In this document: positions 1 to 8,821 of the stretch, piece after piece | Layout: each line of letters opens with the position of its first letter | How positions within the stretch are numbered: position 1 is the first letter of the stretch | NCBI GenBank assembly: GCA_043757515.1 | Contig: JAYVPD010000012.1 | Span: 1,658-65,657 of the forward strand | Source of the DNA: Pseudobdellovibrionaceae bacterium | GTDB taxonomy: Bacteria > Bdellovibrionota > Bdellovibrionia > Bdellovibrionales > Bdellovibrionaceae | Direction of reading: 5' to 3' | DNA: 64,000 bases | Notes under the pieces: model-generated | What the model was told of the DNA's origin: nothing | Seen by the model: the letters and a program-made list of their open reading frames with translations, nothing else | Databases searched by the model: none | Program-made: the position numbers and the translations under genes

Positions 1-890
1 ATTGTACGGGAATACTTTTCGGCTATTTCTTTTTTGCCTTTGAACGGGTGACGTACTTTTTTATCATCAATCTGAGAGTCAGAAACAACGTAACCGAAAT
101 ATTTCATATTGTACTGGTTTAGCTTTTTAGCAATTAATTGGGTTTCTGGTAGCTGACCTTGAAAAATGTCTGCAAGGCTAATCGCTATGCCTTCGCTAAA
201 TCGCATTCCAGAAATGAACAGGTAGCGAAACAGAATCGCCTCTTGCTTAAATTTATTTGCTTTTAAGCATTGGTAAACCATTTCCATTTCGTTTGGATAG
301 ATAACATCGTCAATGTTTCTTTTTTTTGTTAGATGCTCGGGGAATGATTCACACTTAAAATTTTGATGGATTATTTTTTGATTAAACAGGTGATTTAGGA
401 AGGTGTTTAAGGATTTGATTGCATGATTTCTTGATGAAACTGCGATGGGTTTATTTGAACGAATTAGTTTAGCCGTTGTGAGCCATTCCATGAATGAATC
501 AAAATGGTCAGGCCATAGTTCAATGTTGTTTAGTTTTTTAATTGATAGAAAGTAAGGAAAGACATAATGCTTGATGTAGAAAATATTATTTTGCCAAGAA
601 TTTGGAGCTTTCTTTTTTTGGATTTTCTCATATTGGTCAAGTAGACCCGAAAAGCTGTAGTATTGTTTTTCCCATTCTAGACGTTTGAGAATTCTGAGTT
701 TTTCGGCATCGTAGTGAGATTCAAAAAGCTTCAGGCAGTCTTGAGCTTCAGTTTCCGTGAGAATATCTTTACCGAATCGTTTTCTGATTTCTTTTTTGGT
801 TAAGCGCCGGTATTTTGAATTTTTAGAATCGTACCAAACGAACGAATAATATGATGAACCATCTTTAAGAATTCGATTCTCATAACGCAT
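1..890 (-). CDS. tyrosine recombinase / phage-type integrase, N-terminal part only (ORF runs off the left edge, so it is absent from the ORF track)
   Basis: Own translation of the minus strand from ATG at 890: MRYENRILKDGSSYYSFVWYD...QEAILFRYLFISGMRFSEGIAISLADI... It stays open for all ~296 codons down to position 1. The SGMRxSE segment resembles the box-I Arg region of tyrosine recombinases. The start lies 138 bp from the 3' end of a tRNA gene. Confidence 0.7.
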   Translation of the reverse strand, partial: MRYENRILKDGSSYYSFVWYDSKNSKYRRLTKKEIRKRFGKDILTETEAQDCLKLFESHYDAEKLRILKRLEWEKQYYSFSGLLDQYEKIQKKKAPNSWQNNIFYIKHYVFPYFLSIKKLNNIELWPDHFDSFMEWLTTAKLIRSNKPIAVSSRNHAIKSLNTFLNHLFNQKIIHQNFKCESFPEHLTKKRNIDDVIYPNEMEMVYQCLKANKFKQEAILFRYLFISGMRFSEGIAISLADIFQGQLPETQLIAKKLNQYNMKYFGYVVSDSQIDDKKVRHPFKGKKEIAEKYSRT

Positions 891-1028
891 AAACAACTCC
901 GATGTATCGGCTCGTTGTTTAGTCGTTCCAAATTTCCATGAAAACCGGCAGTACCGGATAAGATGTTTTTCAGGGGCTCCAAAATCAGTAACCTTTTGAA
1001 TTCATTTAAGAATACTAGGGTGTGAGTT

Positions 1029-1105
1029 TGGCGGGGTGGACGGGACTCGAACCCGCGGCCTTCCGCGTGACAGGCGGACGTTATAACCAACTTAACTACC
1101 ACCCC
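1029..1105 (-). tRNA. tRNA-Asp (anticodon GTC)
   Basis: The reverse complement reads GGGGTGGTAGTTAAGTTGGTTATAACGTCCGCCTGTCACGCGGAAGGCCGCGGGTTCGAGTCCCGTCCACCCCGCCA. The acceptor stem GGGGTGG/CCACCCC, D stem GTTA/TAAC and anticodon stem TCCGC/GCGGA with loop CTGTCAC all pair. A TPsiC loop TTCGAGT and an encoded CCA are present. Confidence 0.9.
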
Positions 1106-1206
1106 GTAAAAGTGGAAGCACCAGTTATAGCAGCAAAGACTTAGAGATCAACAAAAAAATGGGTCGATTTTGGTAGAATTGTGCTTAAAATTCGCACAAC
1201 TTCCTG

Positions 1207-2214
1207 TTACCAGAAAACAGGTTCTGCCTCTAAGCGAACACCGAATTGATTGTAGCAGTCGATGCTGATTTGCCCTACAAGCTTCATAATGTCTTCGATA
1301 CGGCCGTGACCCAAGTTAACCATTACCAGTGCTTGCTTTTCGTACATGCCGACGGTGCCTTCTTTCTTTCCTTTGTAGCCCAATTTGTCGATCAGCTGCC
1401 CAGCAGCTAATTTATATTGGCCATCTGGTTGAGGGTAGCTCACTAAATCGGGGAAGCCTTTTTTTAAACTCGTCTGTCTGTCGGCACTGACTATTGGATT
1501 TTTAAAAAAACTTCCGACATTGGGGATCTTCGAAACATCAGGTAATTTATTTTGCCTGATCTCGATCACTTTTTGCGCGACTTCTGACGGAATCGGGGTT
1601 TTGCCTTTGAAGGCCACCTCTAATTCGGCATAGCTAATAACCGGGGTATGGTGTTTAGGAAATTGAAATTCTACGCTTGAAATGAAAAAAGTTTTAAAGG
1701 CGGGTGTTTTAAAAATGCTATGGCGGTAGGAAAAACCGCATTCGTCTGCAGAAAGTGTGCGCTGAGTGCCAGTTTCAAAATCATAGCCGACTACGCTTTT
1801 GATAAAACGATCGACTTCAACTCCATAGGCACCAATATTTTGGATAGGCGCGCCGCCGACAGTTCCAGGAATCAGCGCCAAATTTTCCAAGCCAAAATGT
1901 CCAAGTTTAAGACTTGATAAAACAAATTGGTGCCAGTTTTCACCGGACGAGCAGGCGACAAATCGCTGCTGATCATTTTCGCAAGTAATTTGGGATCCCA
2001 GTAAACTATTTTTGATCACCAGTGCATTTATTTTTGTTGGGAGAATTACATTTGAGCCGCCGCCCAAAAATTTAATAGAAACGTTTTCTTTTTTTGCAAA
2101 AGCAATCAAATCTGGAATATCAGAAATATCTGTTAGCTCTGCAAAATACCGTGCTACTGAAGCTAATTTGAAAGTATTTAAACTGATTAAATCAAAATTG
2201 TTTTTAAGGATCAC
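1207..2214 (-). CDS. murB: UDP-N-acetylenolpyruvoylglucosamine reductase
   Basis: 335 aa. Motifs GLENLALIPGTVGGAPIQNIGAYGVEV, YRHSIFK, GSFFKNP and KLAAGQLID match E. coli-type MurB along the full length. Confidence 0.9.
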   Translation of the reverse strand: MILKNNFDLISLNTFKLASVARYFAELTDISDIPDLIAFAKKENVSIKFLGGGSNVILPTKINALVIKNSLLGSQITCENDQQRFVACSSGENWHQFVLSSLKLGHFGLENLALIPGTVGGAPIQNIGAYGVEVDRFIKSVVGYDFETGTQRTLSADECGFSYRHSIFKTPAFKTFFISSVEFQFPKHHTPVISYAELEVAFKGKTPIPSEVAQKVIEIRQNKLPDVSKIPNVGSFFKNPIVSADRQTSLKKGFPDLVSYPQPDGQYKLAAGQLIDKLGYKGKKEGTVGMYEKQALVMVNLGHGRIEDIMKLVGQISIDCYNQFGVRLEAEPVFW

Positions 2215-2248
2215 TTTAAAAACCTAGCATAGGTTTTTAAAAGGGGCA

Positions 2249-3088
2249 CTAGGTTTTCTTAACGAGTTCAATTCCGGCTTCGGTAACCTTAACAAGGCGT
2301 TTACTGTAGAGGCCAGCAAGGGCTACTTTAAATTTTTTGCGGCTAACTTTAAATTGGCTGGAAATCACTTCGGACGAACTTTTGTCATTCACTTTTAGAG
2401 AGCCGTTATTGGCGGTCAGGGCCTCAAGAATCTGAATAGCTATAGCGTCAATAGAATCAACACTGGCATTTTTTAAAATCAAATCAATTTTTCCATCTGG
2501 GCGAATTTTATTAACATAGGCATCTGTTTTTGTGCCCAATTGAATGCGTTCAAAAACTTCCGAATGATAAAGTAGACCATCAAATTCGTTGTTAACAATC
2601 GCTTTGTAGCCCAAGTCTGTTTCTGCGTAGATTAATATTTTTACACGCTTGTCTTTGACGGAGGCTAAATCTACTAATGGTTTTAAAAACTTATTAGTTT
2701 TCATCGAAGCCGAGATTCGTCCAGATTCGTCAATATAGAGGTATACTAAATAATGTTCACCCGGATTCAGATCTCGAGTTTGCTCGGTAAAATGAACGAA
2801 TAGGTCTTTGTCCAAGCCCCAATCCATAAACGCACCGGGGCCTTCCATAGATTTTAATTCAAGAAAGGCAAAGTCGCCGACAGTTGCCAAAGGAGTCTGC
2901 GTGGTGGCCACCAGGCGGTCTTCAGAATCTAAATACAAAAAGACGTCCATAGATTCACCGACTTCAAAATCTTCCGGCACAAATCGTTTTGGCAATAGTA
3001 TTTCGCCCAAATCGTCGCCGTCTAAAAAAAGACCGTGGATTGTGCGTTTAAGTATCTTTAATGTATTGATTTTCCCTATGGTTGGCAT
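2249..3088 (-). CDS. S1-like RNA-binding protein (CvfB/YitL family)
   Basis: 279 aa. Repeated S1-like segments (GEILLPKRFVPEDFEVGESMDVFLYLDSEDRLVAT; GAFMDWGLDKDLFVHFTEQ) and a C-terminal winged-helix-like tail are typical of the CvfB/YitL family. Confidence 0.7.
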   Translation of the reverse strand: MPTIGKINTLKILKRTIHGLFLDGDDLGEILLPKRFVPEDFEVGESMDVFLYLDSEDRLVATTQTPLATVGDFAFLELKSMEGPGAFMDWGLDKDLFVHFTEQTRDLNPGEHYLVYLYIDESGRISASMKTNKFLKPLVDLASVKDKRVKILIYAETDLGYKAIVNNEFDGLLYHSEVFERIQLGTKTDAYVNKIRPDGKIDLILKNASVDSIDAIAIQILEALTANNGSLKVNDKSSSEVISSQFKVSRKKFKVALAGLYSKRLVKVTEAGIELVKKT

Positions 3089-3166
3089 AGAGAACTTATC
3101 GAAGTTTCTTGGAATTTAAGCAAGTATTAAGTGCAAGATGAAAAAAATGACAAAAGCTCGCAATGC

Positions 3167-3910
3167 CTATTTAAATTCGGCAGTCCACCAGGCCTGAATG
3201 GTCGCGCAAATTTCGCTGCCGGTACCGGTGCAAAACTGACCGCCCGTATGGCCTTCAAGCCCGCTCATTTTTCTAATAAGCTTGTTGTTAATGGCGGTGC
3301 CCCCACTAATCGGCAGGGAGTTCATTAGAGGCCCATAAAACATGGCTTGGTATGTCCATGTATGGCATTTTACACAATTGCTCGCGATAAATGGTGCCAT
3401 ATTCGCGTTGAAAAATGGTTCTGCTTTTGAGGAATAAGACACAAAAGATACTGGGCTCGGTTTAATCATGTTTTCAGGTTTGGCTTCGTAGCCGTAAGCC
3501 CAGAGTTTTTGAGTGGTTCCATTCGCCAATTCTGCAGGAACTTTAAAGGAATAGTAGTGCCCAGCGTAGGTGCCGACACCGGATTCTTTGGCGACGATTT
3601 CACCAGCCAAGGTGCCAGTTCCAACGGGTCCGCCAGCATAAAAAATCACTTTGATTGCTTGGGTTTTATTAACCGTGTCCAATGCATAACCAAAAGCGCG
3701 ACCATCGGTAGAAACATACTGAAAGTTTGCAGTTAATTTTCCGCTGAAATTAGTCACAAGATCCACCGTAGATTCGGTGGTTGCACTAGCGGCGTCGGCC
3801 GAAGTGTCTTTGTTATCTGGTGCACAGTTATTGAAAAAAAGCGTGATCGTACTAAACGCGAGCGCAAGGAATATATATCTAGAATGACGTACCTTCATAT
3901 CCAACCTCAC
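3167..3910 (-). CDS. secreted protein with a C-terminal CxxCH (c-type haem) domain, planctomycete-cytochrome-like
   Basis: 247 aa. N-terminal signal/TM (YIFLALAFSTITLFFNNC). The C-terminus FFNANMAPFIASNCVKCHTW...ATIQAWW resembles the PSCyt1-type haem domain. Confidence 0.5.
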   Translation of the reverse strand: MRLDMKVRHSRYIFLALAFSTITLFFNNCAPDNKDTSADAASATTESTVDLVTNFSGKLTANFQYVSTDGRAFGYALDTVNKTQAIKVIFYAGGPVGTGTLAGEIVAKESGVGTYAGHYYSFKVPAELANGTTQKLWAYGYEAKPENMIKPSPVSFVSYSSKAEPFFNANMAPFIASNCVKCHTWTYQAMFYGPLMNSLPISGGTAINNKLIRKMSGLEGHTGGQFCTGTGSEICATIQAWWTAEFK

Positions 3911-4119
3911 CCTTAGGATAACCGAAATTCAGTGGTTTAGCGCTTTAATTTGGGGACGCTGTACCACTCTAGAACAGCAACCTTTGAATAATTCTATGTC
4001 TTTAAAAAATTAATATAATCTCAAAATTGAACGCCAAATTTATATACAAAATAAATAAGATAAAATGGCGTCGCTTAGTGAAAAATAAGAACCCGTAAGG
4101 ACCTAAGAAATAAGTATAA

Positions 4120-6594
4120 TTAATTTTCGAATCCGCTAACAGAAAGCATTCCTCTCGAAAAGACTCCGGTCCCCATAAGGCCAAAATTTGAATCGGTCCC
4201 CCAGCATTTTTCCGCGGAATTTATTATGGCACAGGTTACCGTTCTATAAGGCAATCCAACTGCAGTCACACTAGAACCCGAGGGGTAAATCGTTACGGGT
4301 GTCAATTTTTCAACTACGGTTCCGTCTCCACTGACGCCCGATGTGTTGGCGCCCCAGCATTTTAGCCCAGCATTAACAACGGCACAACCCTGATTGTAGG
4401 CTAGGTATCCGGAAGTAACGCCGCTTCCTTCTGCAATTACCAGTGTGGGCGTGGTTCGAGCAACCTTATCACCGACGCCAAGGCCCCCAGAGGTATTGGA
4501 ACCCCAGCAAAATAAACCCGAATTTTTAATTGCACAGAGATTAGTACTAGAACCAAAAACTTTAGTCACACCCGATCCTGGAGGAATAATATCGACAGGG
4601 GAAAGGCGCGTAGTTGTGCTGCCGTCACCGACGAGGCCACCCGAATTGAATCCCCAGCATTTTAGGCCGCCGGCAATCACTGCGCATGTCGTGGCTGAAC
4701 CTTCGAAAGACCAAGCCCCGACAATAATAACGTCGGTGACTCCAGATCCGCTGGCAAAAATCTGAACAGGCGAATTTCTCTGAGTGGTGCTTCCGTCACC
4801 AATTTGTCCTGTGTCATTGTATCCCCAGCAGTTTAAACCACCGTTAATGACAGCGCATGAAGAACCTTGGCGAACTTCAACTTTTGTGACTCCAGAGGCT
4901 GCGGCAATGGCCACTACGGGAGTGGTTGAACTTGAGGTCGTTGATCCATTTCCAAGTTGGCCAAACGTATTTGTTCCCCAACACTGCACCCCTCCTGCTA
5001 TGACTGAGCAGGCATAGGAATCAAAAAATGAATCGTACTGGGTCATTTGTATAGAGGAGGCGCCGCTGCCACTAGCAACAATTTGCATGGGAGCTAAACC
5101 GTAGCCTGAGCCCCAGCATTTAATTCCACCGTTTACAACCGCACACGTAGACGCATTTGTTGTGCCGGAAATTTCTGCCAAATCTGTAACCGAGCTTAAT
5201 GCCGGAATAGCGGTTACCGGTGTTGTCCTATTTGTTGAGGTACCATCTCCCACTCCTCCGTTTAGATTTGAACCCCAACATTTCACCCCTCCATTTTGAA
5301 TGGCGCAGTTTTGATAAACACTGTCATCATTTAGTAGGTCGGCCTTAGCAAGCGCGCTCACATTCGTGGTTAATCCAGAAACTGGCTGAGGACTTGTCCA
5401 GTTCATCGATCCACCAGAGGGGCCGGCCCCTAAAGTTCCCGCGCCCCAACATACAATTTTAGTGTTACCTTCAACGACGCAAACATTATTATTTCCGGAT
5501 GCTACAAAAGTTACTTGGGCAATTGTATCGAGTACTAAGTTTGGAACAAGTTTTGGCGACGTGCTGACGCAATCGTTTTGTTCACCGTATTGATTTGAGC
5601 CCCAGCACCAAAGTTGTCCGGCAACAAGTGCACAAGAATTTCCTATACCTAAAGCGGCCTGGGTAACTCCGCTTCCTGGTGGGTAAATGGAAACAGGTGA
5701 ATTGCGGGTAGTAGTCGTGTTATCGCCAAGATTTCCTGTCGAGTTAAGTCCCCAACAACTCAACCCACCATTTTTTAATGCGCAGCTGTGTCGAGATCCA
5801 GAATATATTTCCGAAACCCCCGTGCCCAGGGATGGGATTTTCACTGGCGCTAATCGAGCAAGTAAAGTTCCATCACCCAGTTGGCCATTGGTGTTTAATC
5901 CCCAGCACCAAACTTCTCCAGCTACAATTGCGCACGAATGAGTTGAACCCAGTGCGACTTTTGTTACCCCAAAACCTTGAGCAAAAATTTGAATCGGACT
6001 TGAACGAAGCGTATTCGAACCGTCTCCGACATAGCCGGCAGCACCCCAGCAATAAAGGCCTCCCAAACGTATAGCGCAAACAGCTGATGAGCCCACACTG
6101 ATAGCAGTAACACCACTGCCGCTTGCAATTGCTGTTACGAAAGTGGCCGAATTTGCAGTGGATCCGTTTCCCAGAAGCCCACTTGTGCCGGTACCCGAGC
6201 AGAGCACCCCACTATCAACAACAATACAGGTAACGTTCGGACCAACTGCAAAATCGCTAACGATTGGGGTTGGAATAACAGTGAGTGGATTCACTAAAAG
6301 CTTAGACGCACCTGGAATCCCAATTTGATCAAAATTATTGCTATCCCAACAATCCATTCCTTGATCATGAGACGCGCACGTTAAACCCGAGCCAGATATT
6401 TTTTTAATAACTTTAGGTACACTGACAACGGGTGGTATGGGATTTTGTTGACTAGGATCTGGATTGGATGAGCCAGGCGTTGTGGGGTCTGTATTTTTAT
6501 CATCAAGATTGCTGTTTAGACTCACAATGTGTGAGTCTAGAACACAGGAAAGCTGGAAGACGCTGACAAAAAATACCACAGCCAATTTAGTCAC
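4120..6594 (-). CDS. RCC1-repeat (beta-propeller) lipoprotein
   Basis: 824 aa with a GTG start. Signal plus Cys (VSVFQLSC). More than 14 copies of the ...C(W/S)G.N..GQLGDG(T/S).... repeat characteristic of RCC1/ATS1 blades. Confidence 0.8.
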   Translation of the reverse strand: MTKLAVVFFVSVFQLSCVLDSHIVSLNSNLDDKNTDPTTPGSSNPDPSQQNPIPPVVSVPKVIKKISGSGLTCASHDQGMDCWDSNNFDQIGIPGASKLLVNPLTVIPTPIVSDFAVGPNVTCIVVDSGVLCSGTGTSGLLGNGSTANSATFVTAIASGSGVTAISVGSSAVCAIRLGGLYCWGAAGYVGDGSNTLRSSPIQIFAQGFGVTKVALGSTHSCAIVAGEVWCWGLNTNGQLGDGTLLARLAPVKIPSLGTGVSEIYSGSRHSCALKNGGLSCWGLNSTGNLGDNTTTTRNSPVSIYPPGSGVTQAALGIGNSCALVAGQLWCWGSNQYGEQNDCVSTSPKLVPNLVLDTIAQVTFVASGNNNVCVVEGNTKIVCWGAGTLGAGPSGGSMNWTSPQPVSGLTTNVSALAKADLLNDDSVYQNCAIQNGGVKCWGSNLNGGVGDGTSTNRTTPVTAIPALSSVTDLAEISGTTNASTCAVVNGGIKCWGSGYGLAPMQIVASGSGASSIQMTQYDSFFDSYACSVIAGGVQCWGTNTFGQLGNGSTTSSSTTPVVAIAAASGVTKVEVRQGSSCAVINGGLNCWGYNDTGQIGDGSTTQRNSPVQIFASGSGVTDVIIVGAWSFEGSATTCAVIAGGLKCWGFNSGGLVGDGSTTTRLSPVDIIPPGSGVTKVFGSSTNLCAIKNSGLFCWGSNTSGGLGVGDKVARTTPTLVIAEGSGVTSGYLAYNQGCAVVNAGLKCWGANTSGVSGDGTVVEKLTPVTIYPSGSSVTAVGLPYRTVTCAIINSAEKCWGTDSNFGLMGTGVFSRGMLSVSGFEN

Positions 6595-6618
6595 TTAGTC
6601 TGATCGGATTCTTTGTGA

Positions 6619-6657
6619 TAAAACATTAGATCGTGTCACTTTGAAACGATCTAATGT
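6619..6657 (-). terminator. intercistronic hairpin / probable rho-independent terminator after the VWA gene
   Basis: Perfect 11-bp stem ACATTAGATCG (6623-6633) / CGATCTAATGT (6647-6657). On the minus strand it is followed by TTTT. It lies between the stop at 6686 and the next start at 6594. Confidence 0.5.
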
Positions 6658-6685
6658 CGCCATTTTGATTGGATCTATGTAACTC

Positions 6686-8314
6686 CTATTTCAAACACGT
6701 ATATCCTATTTCATAATTTCCGGGACTCATTTCCGTCGCAAATTTAATATTTAATCCTTCCATCGTATAGGGATTATTCAAAATCTTGCCATCTCGTTTT
6801 ATCGTAATTGCAAATTGAGACAGTGGTTGACAAGACAGTGTCAGCGTTTTTAGTAGCCTGCGGATTTCATCGGCTATGCCAGTTACTTGGGCGGAATAAT
6901 CCATGGCGCAAACATTACCTACAACTCCGCCGGTTGTGTTTGATAAAGAATTGTAGCGGACGCCGTAAGTCGCTCCGTAAGAATTCAGACACGCAGAATC
7001 GCCTGGACGAGTGATTATTGAATTGAAATTGAAACGTTTTTGTTCGGCCCAGGTCGAACTAATTAGGCTCAACAAATGGGCTGGATCATTTTTGTCTGTG
7101 TCAGCCGATTCATCTTCATCAGAGATTAAAACTACCGAAAGTTGAGCGTCCGACCGCAAAAAGGCTCGCAAGTCAGACTCATTTTGTCCATACCGTTCAA
7201 TCGCCCTGTAAACGGCTCGAATCCCTTGTTCGATGCCTGAACCCGTTTCTGGTCGCTGAAGTGTTCGGCTTAACAATGATTGCGCACTCGATGCTGCCAT
7301 GCTCGAATCAATAATTTTAATTCCATTGCCGCCGGTGATAGGTATCAAGCGGCCATCACCTAAAGTAATATTTCTTGGATCGGTAGTCGTGACAGCGATT
7401 TGATAGTCAAGTCCTTGAAGAGTATTTATAAACTGGGAGGTACGTTGACCCATGCTTTGCTGTTCGTAGGCCATGGAACCCGAATTATCGATAACAAAAA
7501 GTACATCGACTTTTTTGTAATTGTCGACAGTCACCTTTTGAACAATGGATTTATACAAACTATGAACCGTCCACTGAATCGATTTTGTTGAACTGTTTTG
7601 TAGATCATCCGTGGCAGTTACTGTAAATGTATAGTCTCCGGCGGGCAATTGGGGGAGCTGAACTTTGTTAAGTCCCGAAAAACACGTTTTCTGAACGGAA
7701 TTTAAAGAGCATGTTACGGTGACGGTTGCCGATCGATCATCCTTAACTAAAAACGATAAATCGGCCACAGTCCCAAGTTCAATAGTAGCAGCCGGATACG
7801 TTTGAAAAATAATTTCAGGCCCGATGTTATCTTGTGTGATCGAGCGGCGATAACAAACTGATTTCGAACCTTCCCAATCCTGAAATTGCAAAGAAAAAGT
7901 CAAGACAGTATTGAACTCAGTCAATGAAAGGCGTCTTTGAGAAACAAAGTTTTCCCAAACACCATCACTACAATCTAATGATCGACCCAACTTTATTTTG
8001 AAGGGCGCCAGCGTATTGAAGGTAAAATCCAAAAAGTCTTTGTTCGTAGCTTTTGCTCCATCATCAATAGTGAATCCTTCCTGATAAGCCGAATCATCAG
8101 GATTCAAATCAGGCGGGGGAAGCACTACGGGTTCATCACTTTTAGGAGCTGGAGTTCCCGTGTCTTGGGCCACCGTGAAGTCGACACTTGGTGGTGTTGC
8201 GCCAGTGGACGTAACCGAAGTTTCAGTAACAGATTCGTCACTGGTCAACTTGCATGAAGTACTAAATATAATAGATATAATAGAAAAAATAAATACGCGG
8301 TTTTTAGAAAGCAT
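6686..8314 (-). CDS. von Willebrand factor A (VWA) domain lipoprotein
   Basis: 542 aa. Lipoprotein-like signal (IIFSTSC). MIDAS motif in VDVLFVIDNSGSMAYEQ. The N-terminal half resembles Ig-like beta-sandwich. Confidence 0.75.
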   Translation of the reverse strand: MLSKNRVFIFSIISIIFSTSCKLTSDESVTETSVTSTGATPPSVDFTVAQDTGTPAPKSDEPVVLPPPDLNPDDSAYQEGFTIDDGAKATNKDFLDFTFNTLAPFKIKLGRSLDCSDGVWENFVSQRRLSLTEFNTVLTFSLQFQDWEGSKSVCYRRSITQDNIGPEIIFQTYPAATIELGTVADLSFLVKDDRSATVTVTCSLNSVQKTCFSGLNKVQLPQLPAGDYTFTVTATDDLQNSSTKSIQWTVHSLYKSIVQKVTVDNYKKVDVLFVIDNSGSMAYEQQSMGQRTSQFINTLQGLDYQIAVTTTDPRNITLGDGRLIPITGGNGIKIIDSSMAASSAQSLLSRTLQRPETGSGIEQGIRAVYRAIERYGQNESDLRAFLRSDAQLSVVLISDEDESADTDKNDPAHLLSLISSTWAEQKRFNFNSIITRPGDSACLNSYGATYGVRYNSLSNTTGGVVGNVCAMDYSAQVTGIADEIRRLLKTLTLSCQPLSQFAITIKRDGKILNNPYTMEGLNIKFATEMSPGNYEIGYTCLK

Positions 8315-8488
8315 GAATCTACTCCTTTAAATTCTTTTACTCTCTGCTTACATACCGCAAGGAACCTACAATCTTTGTAAACTCCGTAGACTCTATCAAT
8401 ATAACATAAGACTTCGGAGTTAGAAACTTTCCTAAATAATTCCGGGTCAACTCGAGATTTGTCAAAAAACCGTCAACTTCCTGTACAA

Positions 8489-8780
8489 AAACTTTGCAAT
8501 GGAAAACCAAAACTTCAGATTTAGCTCTGCACTTTCCGTTTTTCAAAAATGGATCAGGTTCGAAAGTTAGCCCAGAGTCGGTTTGTAAAGTCTGTCCCTA
8601 TATATTTAGAACTCGGCCTTCGTGGCCTCGCCGGCTTAATACGCCCTCCAGGCGCGCCGGAGGTTCTAAATATATAGGGACAGACTTTACAAACCGACTC
8701 TGGGTATCTTTGACTGATTTTTTTGGAAAGCAGGAAGGGCAGAGCTAAATCTGAAGTTTTGGTTTTCCATTGCAAAGTTT
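8489..8780. repeat. 292-bp nested imperfect palindrome (MITE-like or structured element) with two perfect 42-bp inverted-repeat pairs
   Basis: The outer arms 8489-8530 (AAACTTTGCAATGGAAAACCAAAACTTCAGATTTAGCTCTGC) and 8739-8780 are exact reverse complements. The inner arms 8571-8612 (CCCAGAGTCGGTTTGTAAAGTCTGTCCCTATATATTTAGAAC) and 8663-8704 are also exact. The ~50-bp core is GC-rich. Mirror-image ORFs on both strands (MQWKTKTSDLAL...) are a by-product. Confidence 0.85.
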
Positions 8781-8821
8781 GGATTTGACATGGGTGTCGT
8801 TCGCGTTTTCAATGAAAAACT

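Noticed and set aside
800-1102. 100-aa minus-strand ORF in the track
   Set aside because: It runs straight through the tRNA-Asp gene and is out of frame with the integrase ORF that actually occupies 1-890. It is an artefact.
4445-6328. Several 60-106-aa plus-strand ORFs inside the RCC1 gene
   Set aside because: They are antisense to a long, well-supported repeat gene. Their Pro/Val/Thr-rich translations are typical shadow frames of Gly/Ser/Thr-rich repeats.
8494-8775. Two ORFs on opposite strands that both start MQWKTKTSDLAL
   Set aside because: The identical N-termini arise only from translating the two arms of the 292-bp palindrome. There is no RBS and no independent coding evidence.
8489-8780. 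Interpretation of the inverted repeats as an invertible promoter switch (inverton)
   Set aside because: The segment between the outer arms is itself nearly palindromic, so inversion would change little. No adjacent recombinase is present. The idea is kept only as a remote alternative.
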